A stretch of DNA of 64,000 bases from Podarcis melisellensis (Eukaryota): NCBI GenBank assembly GCA_964234715.1, contig OZ174287.1. The stretch is one strand, 5' to 3'. Of the stretch, positions 1 through 14,295 are shown piece by piece (within the stretch, counting starts at the first letter, position 1; every line of letters starts with the position of its first letter). The notes beneath the pieces are model-generated. The model was given only the letters and a program-made list of their open reading frames with translations, was not told the DNA's origin and made no database searches. Made by a program: the position numbers and the translations under genes.

Positions 1-31
1 CTTTTGAATCAACAGCTAAACGATTACTTAA

Positions 32-436
<405 letters not shown>

Positions 437-1524
437 TGACCCTTGCAGCGGCAGCCATCTCTTCAATATGTGAGTCCCCTGAATCTTTACACACAGATGT
501 CTCTGTGTAGCCCACAACTTTGTATAAAGATCTTTTGACTGGGGCACAAACCCAGCAGTAGCATTACAAGAAAACTGAAACAGCATCTCAAACTTCCTCC
601 TGAAACTAGCCAGGAGGCAGGATGGAAAGCAGCTCCTGTGGCCAGGCACTCTGAAAATGCCCTGGCTGCCACTTTGAGACTTCCATGGGCAGCACTGTAA
701 TTTCAGTTGCTTCAAAACTAAATTTCTGCTGCTGGGAATAAAAGGCCTATGGCAGCGCCTACTGTGTTATCTTCTCCCTCTCTAGAACTCTGTCTTCTGT
801 CCCAGATATCTTGCACTTCCCTGAGGGCCTTTTCTATAGTTTGAGAACCACTGTACTACAAAGTAGTGAATGGGCTCAATCTTCTCCATTCCAAATTACA
901 TTACTTGCCAAAGTTCTGTTTTCCGGTTCCAACCTCACCATATCTCTGTTCAGAAAGAAGAAGTTTCACCTTTCAGATCACCCTGTGCTCAAAGTGCATT
1001 TGTACAAACTAAGTAAGGGTTAGAAAGCACATGGAATCTGAGCAGATAGAGTAAATGGAGTATGTATGGAACACTCTTACCAAGATTGGAGCTGGGGTGA
1101 CATGTATTTAAAAGCCATATAGAATCACTGACTCACAGTGGTGAGGAAAAGTGCTATGTGCATGGTTAGATACAGCTGTGCTGTACCTAACCAACATGTG
1201 AAAGGAGAATAGACATGGTATACACATGTCACTTGGCAAATCCTTAAGCTAGGTTTATCTATGTCGACAACTTTCACTGCTAGAACACCTGCTGTGTTTG
1301 GAAGAGGCTTGTGCAGGGGGCTGAGAGATAATCTTCCTTCAGCCCAGGGGTGAAGAACCTTTTTTAGCTTGAGGATCACATTCCTTTCTGGGCCACATAT
1401 CAGTGATAATCAGGGCCAGAGGCAAAAGTGAGCAGAGCAATGCATTTAAATGTTACCTTTGTGCAGGAGACTAGTTTTTATACACACTATCCTCCATCTA
1501 GGTAAGAAAGAGGCATTATCAATG

Positions 1525-1782
1525 GCCTTGGTGCCATGTAGGCCTTCCATCAGCTTTGGCGGGTGGCTCAGCTACGCCCTTATCTGGACAAGGATAGCCT
1601 AACTTCTGATAACTTCTAGGGTTCCTGCAATGTGTTATATGTGGGGTTGCCTTTGGAAGCTGCAGCTGATTCAGCCAGATTGCTGATTGGAGGAAGATGG
1701 ACTTAGCTCACTACACCAATTCTGACATGACTTCATTGGCCACCAATAAATTTCCCTGCTCAATTCAAAATGCTAATCTTGG
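1525..1782 (+). mobile_element. Decayed LINE ORF2 3' fragment (L2-like)
   Basis: Degenerate motifs such as tgcaatgtgttatatgtggggttgcct and acaccaattctg..cttcattggcaccaat..caattcaaaatgct; family assigned by recognition only. Confidence 0.5.
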
Positions 1783-3360
1783 CTGCTTCACCCCTCTCCC
1801 CAAGCACTGGGCAGAAAGAGACCGCAATCCTTGCCTTAGGAACTGACACCATTAGGCCCATACCTGGAGATTTCTGAGTTTGAACTGGGGACCTTCTGCA
1901 TGCAAAGCAGATGATCTGTCACTGATCTGTGGCCCTTCTCCTACATGAAGGCATGTTGGGGGCTAATGTGGGGAAGATAGTTGTATTATTCTCCCTTCTT
2001 CTAAAGGACAAATATCCTTCAACAAAACTATAAGGCTTCTTTATCAATAGCCACACTCACCAGTTCCATTCTCTTGCATAGAGATTTACAGAAAGGAAGG
2101 AAGAAAGTAAAGTGACATGGAATTAGGCCCACAGAAGGGCACAGAATCTGAAGCCACATCTTCAGTTTGCTGCAGTACTGTGTTGCTGATAAGTAATTTC
2201 TATCTAATTGTGGGCTTCTTCTAGTGCTACTACAATATATAGTCATTCTTTGAAGGGTTGCTCTAAACTAAAGGGCTGGATTGTTATGAGGCTGCTGCAG
2301 CCCAGGGCAATTTAGGGATCTATGGTTTGTCCCATTCCCTGTACTGATGCAACAATTGCCAGACCTAAATATTCTGTATCTGCAAAACAATAAGGGACGT
2401 TCTTAGCTTTCTGGTCATAGCTTGATTGTCTTTATGACCTGCCTTGAAATTGTTAATTAATGTATGACTGTTAGGGGTTGGTGGTTTTATTTGGCTTTAT
2501 CTTAATGTTGTTTTAACCTGCCCTGGGGCTTTATGGTGAAGGGTGAATAAGAAATACAGTAAGTAGATAGAGTGGTAACCATTATTGCAAATGTAAACAC
2601 CACCCACAAATTACCCAGATTACTTGACTGGGTGCTCAGCATCAGGTTTTTAGAGTTTGCTTTTTTCACTTACTTTTTACAGAAGAGCAACATAATGTCA
2701 TCAAATCTTGTAACTCTTGTGTTTCCGCCGTCTTTCCTCAGACTATGGAAAATCCAGCAAGTGTAAATCACCTTAGCATTATTCTTGTCATATTATTTTT
2801 TTAAGGTATGGTTTTGATGTTTGCAATGTTGTATTAGGCAGGCAGGCCTGTCTGTCTGCATCTGTACTTTGGTACACTTCATTATTACCTTTTTGATAGG
2901 AGTCATTGATGGGTAGGGATCTCTTTTTAAATTAGCACTGTTTCTCCTTTATCAATTTTTTTAAAAAAACAGTATAATAGTGCTTCAACTTAAATGCAAC
3001 TTTAAAAAAAATGTTTTAAAAAACATGCATGTTATTTGAATATTGGTATTTAGTGCCATTTTATCACTATTGGTCACTGCCCCCATGCTCACTTTAAAAT
3101 ATTTTTGTTCTAGTTTTAAGCATTATTTTTTTACAGTAATTATGTAATACTGTTGACATTTTAAAAGCACTGAAGCACAGTTTTTAAAAATGGTATTAGA
3201 ATTGATTTAAAATGGCTTGTTGTGTTAAATATTTGCTTCTCCAGCCACATGTCTATGCCATGCCCACTTGTGTAGACAGGACATAATGGGAGATAAACAC
3301 ACAGAAAGTACTAAATTCCCTGATGTGTGGAACTCCGTTGCAGTTCTGAATGAGGCTTTC

Positions 3361-3363
<3 letters not shown>

Positions 3364-3425
<62 letters not shown>
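3364..3425 (+). repeat. (GA)31 microsatellite
   Basis: Direct reading. Confidence 0.98.
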
Positions 3426-3427
<2 letters not shown>

Positions 3428-4027
3428 AACAGTTGAGTTCAGGTGCTTTCAGATTGACAACCCTTTTTAAAGTCTGGTGAAAGTTTGACGTGCTTCCAAA
3501 TATAATGGTTATTCTGTGGTGCTAGCAACGACTAGGAGGTGAATATGATTATCCTAGCAGCATTTACCATGCCAATGAACATAGCAGATCAGAGAGCCAT
3601 TAACTGCATTTATTATATACCACCCTTAACAGTAATTAGCCCTGGCTCTCCAACCAATAAGCAAATATAGCTGCTTTTGTTTTACTTTATATTGTTCATA
3701 TACACACTTTGTTGCAGTCCTGTGCTGGGACAAATATCTCTGTGTTAGAAATGGGGCAGCCTATGTCATGACTTTGTTTTGTTTTTGTTTGTTCTTTTAA
3801 GCACTGCACTAATTTCAGGCCTGACTGTAGGATGTTTGCCACTGCGTAAGCTGAAATTTGAAGCTTCATCTTCAAAGCAAGGAACTGGCATTTGTCCCAA
3901 GGGGAAAGTCCCTTGCTTCTTTCTTTGTCTTAGATGACTGGTACAAAATGCAAAAGATATCTCTACTCGAAAGGATAATTGTGGATGGCAGCGGTTATCA
4001 CTCATATTCTTTTTCTGGCTATCAAAG

Positions 4028-4120
4028 GTGCAGGTGGTTAATAAGAAGCTGAACTTTAGCCATGTCCAATCCAGGTGTGGATCTAAGGATAATATCAAAC
4101 ATACCCCAGGAGGAGGCAGT
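4028..4120 (+). CDS. MAPT: Tau exon 10 equivalent (repeat R2; the 3R/4R cassette exon)
   Basis: ctttttctggctatcaaag|GTG ... GGCAGT|gtgagt; 93 nt, phase 0-0. Encodes [31 protein letters not shown]. Confidence 0.97.
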
Positions 4121-4136
4121 GTGAGTACTTTCACAC
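4119..4136 (+). promoter_or_regulatory. Exon 10 5' splice-site stem-loop
   Basis: GTGTGA(G)-tact-(T)TCACAC: 6 Watson-Crick pairs plus a G-U pair covering the donor. Confidence 0.8.
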
Positions 4137-5370
4137 CATTCAATGCACTATAATAATCTAACTTATTATAAGTGGCATGACTTTTGCATTAACCCTGAAA
4201 CACCAATGCTGTCTGCACAGTCAGATAGCTATTGATGATGTGTAGTGAATTAACCTGTTACCAGTGAAAATATGGCTTGATTAAAGCTCCAGCAGAGTTA
4301 GCTGTATGGGGATGTGCACTGAGCTAATTGGGTATTGAATTGGAGGCAATATTATTTAAGTGGCTGCCTTCTCAATACATAGTGTTCAAATTACCCCAGA
4401 AATTATCCTTCCTGACTCAGATAGTTGATGGAAAATGAAGGTGCAGAGTGTATTGCAAATGGAAAGCTGATTAAAAGTGTGGTGTGTTCATGGACACATA
4501 TAATCAGCATTAAAAAAACAAATCCAAATTCTTCATCAAGGAAGCACATGTTCCTTGTTTCCTCAAAATAAAATATGCAAATTAGATAAAATAATGAATC
4601 ATTTCCCTTAGGCTTACTTTGCAGAATTTATTTTGCTTCCATGATACGAGTTTTCAGGGAAATTTTATTATTTTTAGTGAGGATTTTGGGAGCAGAGGGA
4701 AAGGCAGAAAAGGAAAGTGTTTAGTGTTCTGTATATAGTAGAACTGAGGGGGTAGGGGAGAACTGGTATATATAGGATACAGGAGGGTCTTGCAACAAAA
4801 TGTTGCAGGATATTATTACCTAATAGGAATTCTCTTGTTCAGATTTCCAGCCATGATGCTTTCCTCCAAAACAGTATAAGCTGTTAGGGGCTCAAGCAAG
4901 CCAATTCACTCTTCCCCTGCACTTTGTGATTTTTTGTTTTTATAACTGATATGCAATGTTCAATAGGTTCTGGTGAACCTAACATACTTGGTGCTTACTG
5001 TTCCAATTGGGTGGGGCGCTATCCCTCTTGGTTAGAAAAATGGTTTTCTTTTGTACTTCTCTTAAGCAGACTGGTACCTCTTTGTTGTTTCTCAGTGGCC
5101 CTCTTCTTCTGGCTCCATTTCTAAGTTTGCTATTAGAAGGAGGGAAAATTGAGAGCAAGCACATGACACACAAGCTCTGTCTGCTGATCACTGGCACACC
5201 AGCCCAGCCCAACTCTGGTTTCTAAGCATTCCTCTGCAAACAAGAAGAAAAATGCCTTTCTAAAGGCTGAGTTTTGAAGGTGCTGGAATTTGAGCTTCCA
5301 GGTCAAACATTTAGGTGCATGTAATACAGTCATGTGCTTGACACAGACAAATCAAAGAATATGTCATGCA

Positions 5371-5956
5371 ATCATAGAGTTGAGACCCTGAGAGTCATCT
5401 AGTCCAACCCCCGGCAATGCAAGAATTTCAGCTAAAACATCCATGACAGATGACCATCCAGCCTCTGCTTTAAAACTTCCAAGGAAGGTCCACCACCTTC
5501 CCAGGGAGTCTGTTCCACTGTCAAACATCCCTAACCATTATAAGTTCTCCCTGGTGTCTAGTTAGAAACTCCTTTCTTGTAACTTGAAGATATTGGTTCA
5601 GGTCCTACCCTCTGAAGCAGGAGAAAAGAAGCTTGCTCCGTCTTCCATGTGACAGCCCTTTAGATATTTGAAAATGGCTAGCATCTCTCCTCCCAGTCTC
5701 CTTTTTTCCAGGCTAAGATCTCTAAATCCTTTTCATACGTACTATGAAGCCAGGTGTCTCCCATTTTATATCTGTGCAGCTGTTTCTTCCTGCCTGTGTA
5801 GAGCCTTACATTTGTCCCTATTGAAATTCATTTTGTTAGTCTGGGCCCAGTTCACCAATCTGTTAAGGTCATCTTGAATCCCAGTTGTCTTCTGTAGCAT
5901 TAGCTACCCATCACAGTTTTGTGTCATCTGCAAATCAGATGAGCATCCTCTCAATT
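5371..5956 (-). mobile_element. CR1 LINE 3' fragment, internally deleted
   Basis: CR1 tail (atcatagagttg..ctagtccaaccccc); at ~5915-5935 the minus strand reads FADDTKL, the RT catalytic motif. Confidence 0.85.
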
Positions 5957-8900
5957 AATGTCACCTGGTATGTTTTTCAAAACAATAAGGAATATTTACA
6001 AGGCTTACAGCCTGTATTCAGAACAAGTTCCACATACTTTCACAAGTGTACATAACGTGCTCAAATTAGTTTGGTGTATTGGTTTGCCTTGTTTAAACAA
6101 TTTGACTCTTTTGACTTGGTGTTGGTATGACTGTATCCTACCACATTCCTTATGTTGATGTTTCCATGTTGTTTTGTCAGCCAAGATAATTGTGGGACAT
6201 ATCAGAACAGCAGGGTTTATTTTATGCACTAGTCTGCAGTGGTACATTTCATCTTGAGCTAGCTTTTATAAACAAATTTATATTTTAAAAAGAAAACCTG
6301 AAATGCTTTCAAGGGCTATAGCTCCATTCAAGATTAGTAAGGAACACATTATGCGTTGCACTTAGGCCAGCTTGCTGTTGCACTGTTTAATGTACCTATC
6401 TATAGGTGCCCTATAAGTTAGGAAGGCTTTTTAGCAAAGTTGGCCATCTCCAAATAAGTTTGCACATCAGAATTGTTGGTACGGTTTGTGAATATTGCAA
6501 AGAGTAGCTGGGGAAGAAAAGGAGCGCACAGAGGGCTTAGATGAAGGCAGATGTTGCATGGGCACTTGTACTTGGAGACTGGATTTCCACATTACATAAG
6601 GAACCTGCAAAAGTACTGGTATATTATGCTTTTAATGTTGGCATTCCCAATTTTTTTCTGCCATTTCTTTTATAAATCATGCTTAGAGGAAGCCATGATG
6701 TATTTTCATTGCGGATTAAAAAATCATTTTTGCCTTTTTCAAGTTTGGAGGAAGATCTTTCAGTAACTAGCATTTGGAAGAGGAAAGAAAATTGCAACAG
6801 CACTGCTATTTGTATAGTCAATTCTAGCTTAGTTGTGTTCATTAATTTCAGTGGATCTACTCTGAGTAAAACTTAGTTGAATAACCCCCTAGTGTTCAGG
6901 CACAGGAACTAGTGCTTAGTGCTTTTATTCTAAGCCATCTGTTCAGTGCTCTGTGGGCATTTGCTGTGCTGTGTGAAGCTGATGAGAGCTATAGTCCGAG
7001 GCTACCACACCCTGCACAATAAAGTGTATTTATTATTTTACTTATCTTAATTTTTGTAAACCTCATTGTAATTTAAAATGAATGTATATAAACTCACCTA
7101 GTGATGGAGGTTTATGTGAGCTTCAGCTAAATTTGCAATATCCCAAAGCAAAACCCAAAAGTGTTCTTAAGTAGAGGAAAGTTTTCTTCAGTGTCAGTCT
7201 GAAAAAAAAAGACACCTGACATATGAGATAGTAAACACCAAAATAGTACTGCAATACACCATCCTGGGGGTTGGTGTCAAAGGCAATGGCGTTCTTGTTC
7301 TATTTTTAGAGTCAGAGAGCAAAGACTTATTTGTTTACAAAACATGGACAAATTGGATCACCCCAGGAAAAGCCTAGGCTGCTCCCCTTTTATTGAAAAT
7401 GCTTCTTTGGGATTTATGTGAGAAGTCCATGTGATTTATTTGGAGCAATTCAGACATTACAAAGACACTTGGATCTTGAAAAGTTTTAAATCTGATTCAC
7501 AGTGATTGATAGGTCTATAGGTATCATTACTTCCCTGTGCTATGATACTGGGTGTGGATTCTGTGCAAAACAATTACTGCATTTCTATCTAGTACACATT
7601 AAGTCTAACCTATTGACCTTGGCAGGCAAGATGGAAATGTGCTCTCAGATGAAGACAGTTTGCCTAGCAAAATACAGAGTTGAGCTGACTTCTATACCAA
7701 ATATAAGCAGATTTTTACTGATCTATGCTTAAGATGTGCTGAACTAGGAAGACAGGATGCACGTTTTGTGACAAGGTTGAGTTGAAGAGCCTCCTGAGAT
7801 GCATATGCAAGAAGGGTCTACTATAGAACAAAGGCAGAGAAAACAGGTGCCTGTTTGTGTGGTCTCTCCTGATACTTTTTCCTATCTATTTCCCCACCCT
7901 GTACCTTATATATGTGTTCATTCTAGCACTAAGCTACACAACACAAATTCCTGATTTCCCACTGGGTGCTTTTCATCCTGTGCTCAACAATGCATACCAA
8001 AATGTCTCTCCTTCTGTCACAGCTTTCACCAAATGCAAACAGATTAAAAAATACGATAAGAGAAAGATGTTTACAGAGGAATCTTTGAGATGTTCAGGAT
8101 AGTTTAGACTCATCTTTAAAAAGATTGGTGGGATCCCAGATCTCAGGATGGTTGGAAGACCTGTCAGGACAGCCTGCTCCAGGAAACTGATGGATCCTAA
8201 ATGATTTTTTGATGGCTTTTGGGAAGTGTTTCCTTTCACCCAAACTGGGCAATCCTGCTGAAGGCCTCATGAGGCTAGGGGCTTGATTCACCCCAAGTGC
8301 CCTTACTCGATTTGGGGAGCTGAGCTAGCCTCTTCAATTGTGAAGTTGGAAGGAGTGAACCTATGGGGTGACTAGTAAAGTGGTAGTAATAGTAGACTTG
8401 CATTTAATCTGATCAACAGATTAGATACTGTACTATAGACTATTAGTGTGCCTAGTACAGTCTACTCTGTGGCCACACTATTCCATCATTATTTTGCCAA
8501 CTGTTCCAGCACTTTATCGCAGTAAAGGGCTGTTAAATCTTGATTCTTCTACAGATAGGAGGCAACTTGGTAGCTGGCTGTGACCAATATTCTGGACCCT
8601 TTGTGGGCAGAAATGTTTTTACCCATTCTGACTTAGATCCTACAGTTAAGGCAGAGTCAACAGAGGAATTTTGGTATCTGCTTGTTTTGAATGCTTTCCC
8701 ATTTGTACATCCTTTGGATGTGGACATGATTATTTTTTAAAATCTCCTCTTTGTTTTATGTTGGTTTTAATGTATGTGTCATATATTGTTGTAAGTTGTT
8801 TTGAGTTACTTTTGTTAAAAAAGAAAAAAAGCCATTAATAAGATACATAGAATTGGAGAACTGAGGCCAAGCCCTTGTATGCTTCATCTTTGGCCTTCTG

Positions 8901-11002
8901 CACTAACAAGAGGTTCTAGAAGGGAACTTTTGAATTGCATGATGGGAGTGGTAAAAGCCTCCTGCAGGTAGGTGTGGTCCCAGAAAACTTAAAAAGAGGT
9001 GTTGGCTGGGAGGAAGAAAGCACCTCTGGAAACCTTACCTTTAATCCCCAGTTTACTGGAGATTTCCCATTTGAACTCCAGTGTTCTTTTTTGAACAAGA
9101 TGGCTTCTCAGTTCCAGGATATTCTGGATGTGAGAATCCAGAAACAATTATAACAGTTCCGAGTAGTCTTTCCAAGCACAACATGGAAAGGGCCACTGAG
9201 AATTGAGACCTCTAAAATACTGGTTTGGATGACTGGAAGCAGGATGAAAATGCCTAGTGAACAGCTGTAAGTTCAAGTTCAGGGGCCTGGAAGAGGTACC
9301 ACCATCAGATAAAACAATGCTTGTTGTCTGAGAGGCTTACCCTGCAACCTGTTCAGCCATTGCAGGTTGCAGTTCTAAATGCTGAACATTCATTTGCCTG
9401 GTGGCTGAGAGGATGACAGGCACTTTGACATCGAGTCTGATTTTCAGCAAACTGCACAAGGATAAACTAGGAAGATACTGCCCCACCTACAGCCCGCAAG
9501 AAACCCTGAATACCATTTGCCTCTAGTCAGATTGTATTCCTTCCCACAATGTCATTAATGCTTGTAACCCAATAACCACTAATTCAATTTTATCTGTACC
9601 TTTTGTGCATGTTGTACACTTGCTAGCTTGTGTATGCCATTCAAAGGTTCAGAAATGCTTTGCTTAAATACCTTAGTATTCCTCTCCCTGTACTGCATAG
9701 ATCACTATTTAAGCGAAATGGTTCAATGTGTCACAATTGTGCTGTGATTGTAATTATTTTTTAATAGAACATTCAAAGCAAGGAATATTACACACCCAAA
9801 TTCTGTGATGGTATTCATCATATCCAAATGAAGCTCTGAAAATTCAGTGCATATTTTTGAGGGCTGGGTAGACATAAGCAAATTTGATGAAATTTCATCA
9901 GAAGTTTCACTCTTGCTGTGAATGCATGCTTTAAGAAAATATTTCTGGAAAAAATGAATCTTTTCCACAGTATGGTTTCAGTCTCCATGTTGTTTCAGAT
10001 ACCTTTGTTCTGTTGCAACATTTTGAAAACATCCTTTTAGGAAAAAAAAATCAACCCTCTCAAAGCACATTGACTATTTCTGTTGTTTCAGTTTTTGTGG
10101 ACATAAACCTTAAGTTTTACATCAGAAAAAGGTATTTAATTCTGTTTCTGGTTTTTTATATTTTCTCTGTAGCATATCTTATTTGATTATACCTCTGTCT
10201 GCTCACCCCTTTCTCCCTGTCTCACTTAAGCATCTTCCGTTCCCATTGCTTTCCCGCCTCCTTCCTCTGGAGGTGTGATAAAGAGTTTGTGCATGCTGTG
10301 GAAATGCAATAAGGATAATGTTGACTATAGCCACATGTGGTGATCTTGCCGGACATTTTAAATCTTTTTAGATAAAAATGCTTGCAAGCATAAAATAAAT
10401 GTCTTTTTCATTACCTTTTGAACAACTGATTATATTCTTAAATTCTTAAAATATTTGAACAGAAAGGTTAAATATAAATATATAGAACAGATTTATTATG
10501 AATAACTACAGCAATTGGAATCTCATCTAACTTAAAATGAAAATGAATTCCTAAAGTTGAGACTGTGGAATATACGTATGCTTAAAATAACAACTATGTT
10601 AGAAACAAGGGAAGAGAGAGGTATATTTTTTCTAAAGCTTTTGGAAACTCAGGTTACAAAAATATGTCATCCAATCTACTTTTCCTGTTATATGATGATC
10701 CTTGTTACTTTTCTTTGAATTTCATAAAATCAATCAAAGAAAAAGTATGCATGCCTTTGGCGGGAGATTTTGCTACAACGCGTGCTTTGACTTCACAGTT
10801 TCTGGTGGAAAACTCTCCTTCTGCCTGTGCTTGAATGATTAATCTTTTAGACAGCTTTTCAAACTGCATTTCTTCTCCAGTTGGGTTCCAGTGTGTCGTC
10901 TGTCTCACTTTTTCTGCATATCTTGGGGAGACATTCTTTTTCAAGTTGAAATAAATTCCAGCCCCAAACACTCTGTGCACTTCTTTAATTTTGTCCTCAC
11001 AG

Positions 11003-11084
11003 GTACAAATTGTTTACAAGCCAGTGGATCTCAGCCACATAACGTCTAAATGTGGTTCCTTGGACAACATTCATCATAAACCAG
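11003..11084 (+). CDS. MAPT: Tau exon 11 equivalent (repeat R3, PHF6 VQIVYK)
   Basis: ttgtcctcacag|GTA ... CCAG|gtgatg; 82 nt. Encodes [27 protein letters not shown](G). Confidence 0.97.
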
Positions 11085-11302
11085 GTGATGGTGACTATAT
11101 GTGTTTTTAAAAAAACAATAGTTTCTTACTGGACTTCTAAAGGGGGTGGGACCCAATAGCTTTTTTATTCTGCTTTTTTGCAGACATTGACAAAGGAAAG
11201 GGGAGAGGAGGGAAAGAAGGACAATGATAGGTAGAAGAGGAAGTAATTACAACTGCGGAATGAAATAAAGATAGTCTGCATCCCATGTAATGCTTGCCGC
11301 TA

Positions 11303-11451
11303 CAGTGGTACCTCTAGTTACATTCACCTCCAGTTACATATCCTTTGGGATACGTGCGCAGCAAACCCAGAAGTATTTTTCTGGGTTTCGTCGTGCGCAT
11401 GCGCAGAAGGAGCTCCAGAACGGATCCTATGCACAACCGGAGGTACCACTG
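11303..11451. mobile_element. Tc1/mariner-type MITE
   Basis: TA|cagtggtacctc ... gaggtaccactg|TA: perfect 12-bp TIR and TA TSD. Confidence 0.85.
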
Positions 11452-11646
11452 TACTAAGTTCTGTCTGAGAGAGAGAAATGTTTGCAAAATATAGGAATTG
11501 ATCATCTACATGATTTTGTCAACTATTGGTTCACAGGGTTATTCTAGAAAAGCCTAGATGCATGACCAAGATAACATAGTTGCATAACTTTTTAGGTTAT
11601 TATAAACTTAATATATTAATGATTAATGGGTTAGTACTTAATAATA

Positions 11647-11998
11647 GGGACACGGGTGGCGCTGTGAGTTAAACCACAGAGCCTAGGATTTGCTGATCAG
11701 AAGGTTGGCGGTTCGAATCCCCACGACGGGGTGAGCTCCCGTTGCTCGGTCCCTGCTCCTGCCAACCTAACAGTTTGAAAGCACACAGTGCAAGTAAATA
11801 AATAGGTACTGCTCCGGCGGGAAGGTAAACGGCGTTTCTGTGCGCTCCTCTGGTTCGCCAAAAGCGGCTTAGTCATGCTGGCCACATGACCCGGAATCTA
11901 TACGCCGGCTCCCTCGACCAGTAAAGCGAGATGAGCGCCGCAACCCCAGAGTCAGTCATGACTGGACCTAATGGTCAGGGGTCCCTTTACCTTTACCT
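11647..11998 (+). mobile_element. Sauria-type SINE, full length
   Basis: gggacacgggtggcgctgtg head with B-box ggttcgaatccc; (acctt)n tail; TSD tacttaataat at 11635-11645 and 11999-12009. Confidence 0.92.
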
Positions 11999-13035
11999 TA
12001 CTTAATAATTTCATGTGCATGCCTCCAAAAGCCCTCCTACAGCGGCAAACATGTTGGATCAGATCTTTGATCTCTGGAAGCCCTTCCTAGGCATGGTTCA
12101 TGGACTTGAGTCCTCTGCCTGTATACATTCTGCTGTAAATTTGCTTTGGGGGGGAAAACGTTGAAGAAATCTGGATGCCGCAGCAGATGCATACAGGCCT
12201 ATTGGGGGCAACCATCTAACACACACGTTAGTACATACATACATTTGTGCTCTCTGAGCTATTTTGTCCAACCGGCTGGTACAGAAGCCAGTTGGCAGCA
12301 GGCACAGTCTACCTGCAAATGTAATTGATAAGGCCTTTTGTTGCTTCCTTTGTTCCTATAGATGGAGGCCATGAAAGAGAAAGGGAGGGAGGGAGAGAAA
12401 AGGAGACTCTTTTTAAAGAGTGGGTCTCATCAGACTGTTGATGGTATTTATCACCTTGGTATACTAGGTACATATAAGCTTGCTAGCATCTAATTTAAAG
12501 TACACCCTACAGTGGCATGTTCAACTGTTGCCATTTACTTTCTATACAACTGAGTTGCATAGTCAAGTGAGCAAGCCACATACTAGTGACAGGTGGCAAA
12601 CAAAACACCTACCTGACAATATTCCTTCTCTATAGCAGTAGCTTTCACACTGAGCACCCACCAAGTTGATCCAAGATAATTTTTTCTCAAGCTCATCCAA
12701 CCCAACATCCTCTTCTTTTATTTTATTTCTTGCCTGCTAGTGTTTCATTATTTTTTCACTATTTTGCAATTCATTCAGCTGGCATTATTCTGGACCAACT
12801 GCTTCCACTTCTAATGCTGAAAGGGAGCATGGACATGTAGTAAAACTTGGTCAGTTTTATGAGATCAAAGTATATTTGCAAATTGTGTGGAACTTGCCTT
12901 CTGCTGTGTGAAATTGCTGGGTTTTGTTTTTTGCTTTCTAGGCTGTAGAATTTATTATTTACTTGCGCTAAACTCTGAGATAACAAGCCAAATCCATGAC
13001 ATTATTTTCTCCAAATCTTGTACACACACTTTTAA

Positions 13036-13218
<183 letters not shown>

Positions 13219-14208
13219 TGAGGGGAAAATCTCATCAAGTTAATAACAGGTAGCAGCATCTTTCTCAAGCCCTGCTCCCCACCGGTCTCTGATGTTGCTG
13301 CTTTGAACCTTGTTTTTTAAGTCCCCTGTTTTCCCCATGCATTTTCTGTATGCTTCTCTAATGCCTACTAAATACCTATTACATTTGCCAGAGTAACAGC
13401 AAAGGGGTAATTGCTTAGCATCATTCTCCACTTTGTTCCAAAAAAAGGAGCTGCCTCAGAGACTAAACTATGTGTTACATGCAAAATCACTTATTGGAGC
13501 TGTGATGCTGATCTTCCCCTCTCCAAGCTGAGGTGATTGAGAGCAGAAAAATAGTGTGGGAAGGAGAGTTCAACCCTTTTCCCTACACTGAACACGCCCC
13601 TCCCCCCGGAGGTTTAAAGCATGTTTGTACATAACATGTGGTTAGTTCCTTAGCAGCTGCCCACAATGATGGCTGAAGTGGGGTAGGACTTGCCCTTCAG
13701 AAGAATTCTGTCCTTCCATACTCTCCAAGAGGCACCTGGGGGTGCGTACAGACATACCTAAAAACAAAGCCTGTGGGCTCTGAAAGCATTGCCATCATGT
13801 TATTGCCAGACAAACCTGTTGCTGAGTTTGGAGAAAAGAGAGTTGAAGCAAAAACTGACTGACTGCAGGGTCTTGTGCCGAGCCCTGCTGAATCTAGTCC
13901 TGCATTGCATTCCCATAGTGGCCGACCAGGTGCCTGTGGGAAGCTGCAAGCAGGCCCTGAATACAACCATTCTCCCAACTTGTGATTCCTGGCTAAACTA
14001 AATGAGAAAGGGAAGTTGGGTGTTCCCGCTTGTTAATTGGCAGGTTGGTGGGCAGACTTACTGGTGTGGCGGTCAGGCAAGCACAGTGTGGGGGGTGGGG
14101 AGGTGATGCGTGCATGGGGCAGCAGCATGTTACATCAGAGACCTCCTTCCCTTTTCTCACTCCTAGTTCCTTTTGTCATGCTTTGGTGTTTCCAGCTTTT
14201 CCTCAAGT

Positions 14209-14295
14209 GAGCATGCCTGTTGGTAGACTGTTTCTTTAATGAGTGGATTTAATGAGCCTGCCTGTTGGTAGACTGTTTCTTTAATGAGTGCATTT
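14209..14295 (+). repeat. Tandem duplication, 45-bp unit x2
   Basis: gagc(a/c)tgcctgttggtagactgtttctttaatgagtg(g/c)attt occurs twice. Confidence 0.92.

Noticed and set aside
3268-3480. ER-repeat ORF (and the IYLS-repeat ORF at 60021-60248)
   Set aside because: Translations of the (GA)n and (ATCT)n microsatellites.
11697-11885. Recurring ORFs ending ...ELTPSWGFEPPTF (also 41223-41435 and 52844-53164)
   Set aside because: These are translations of the same SINE family, not a protein family.
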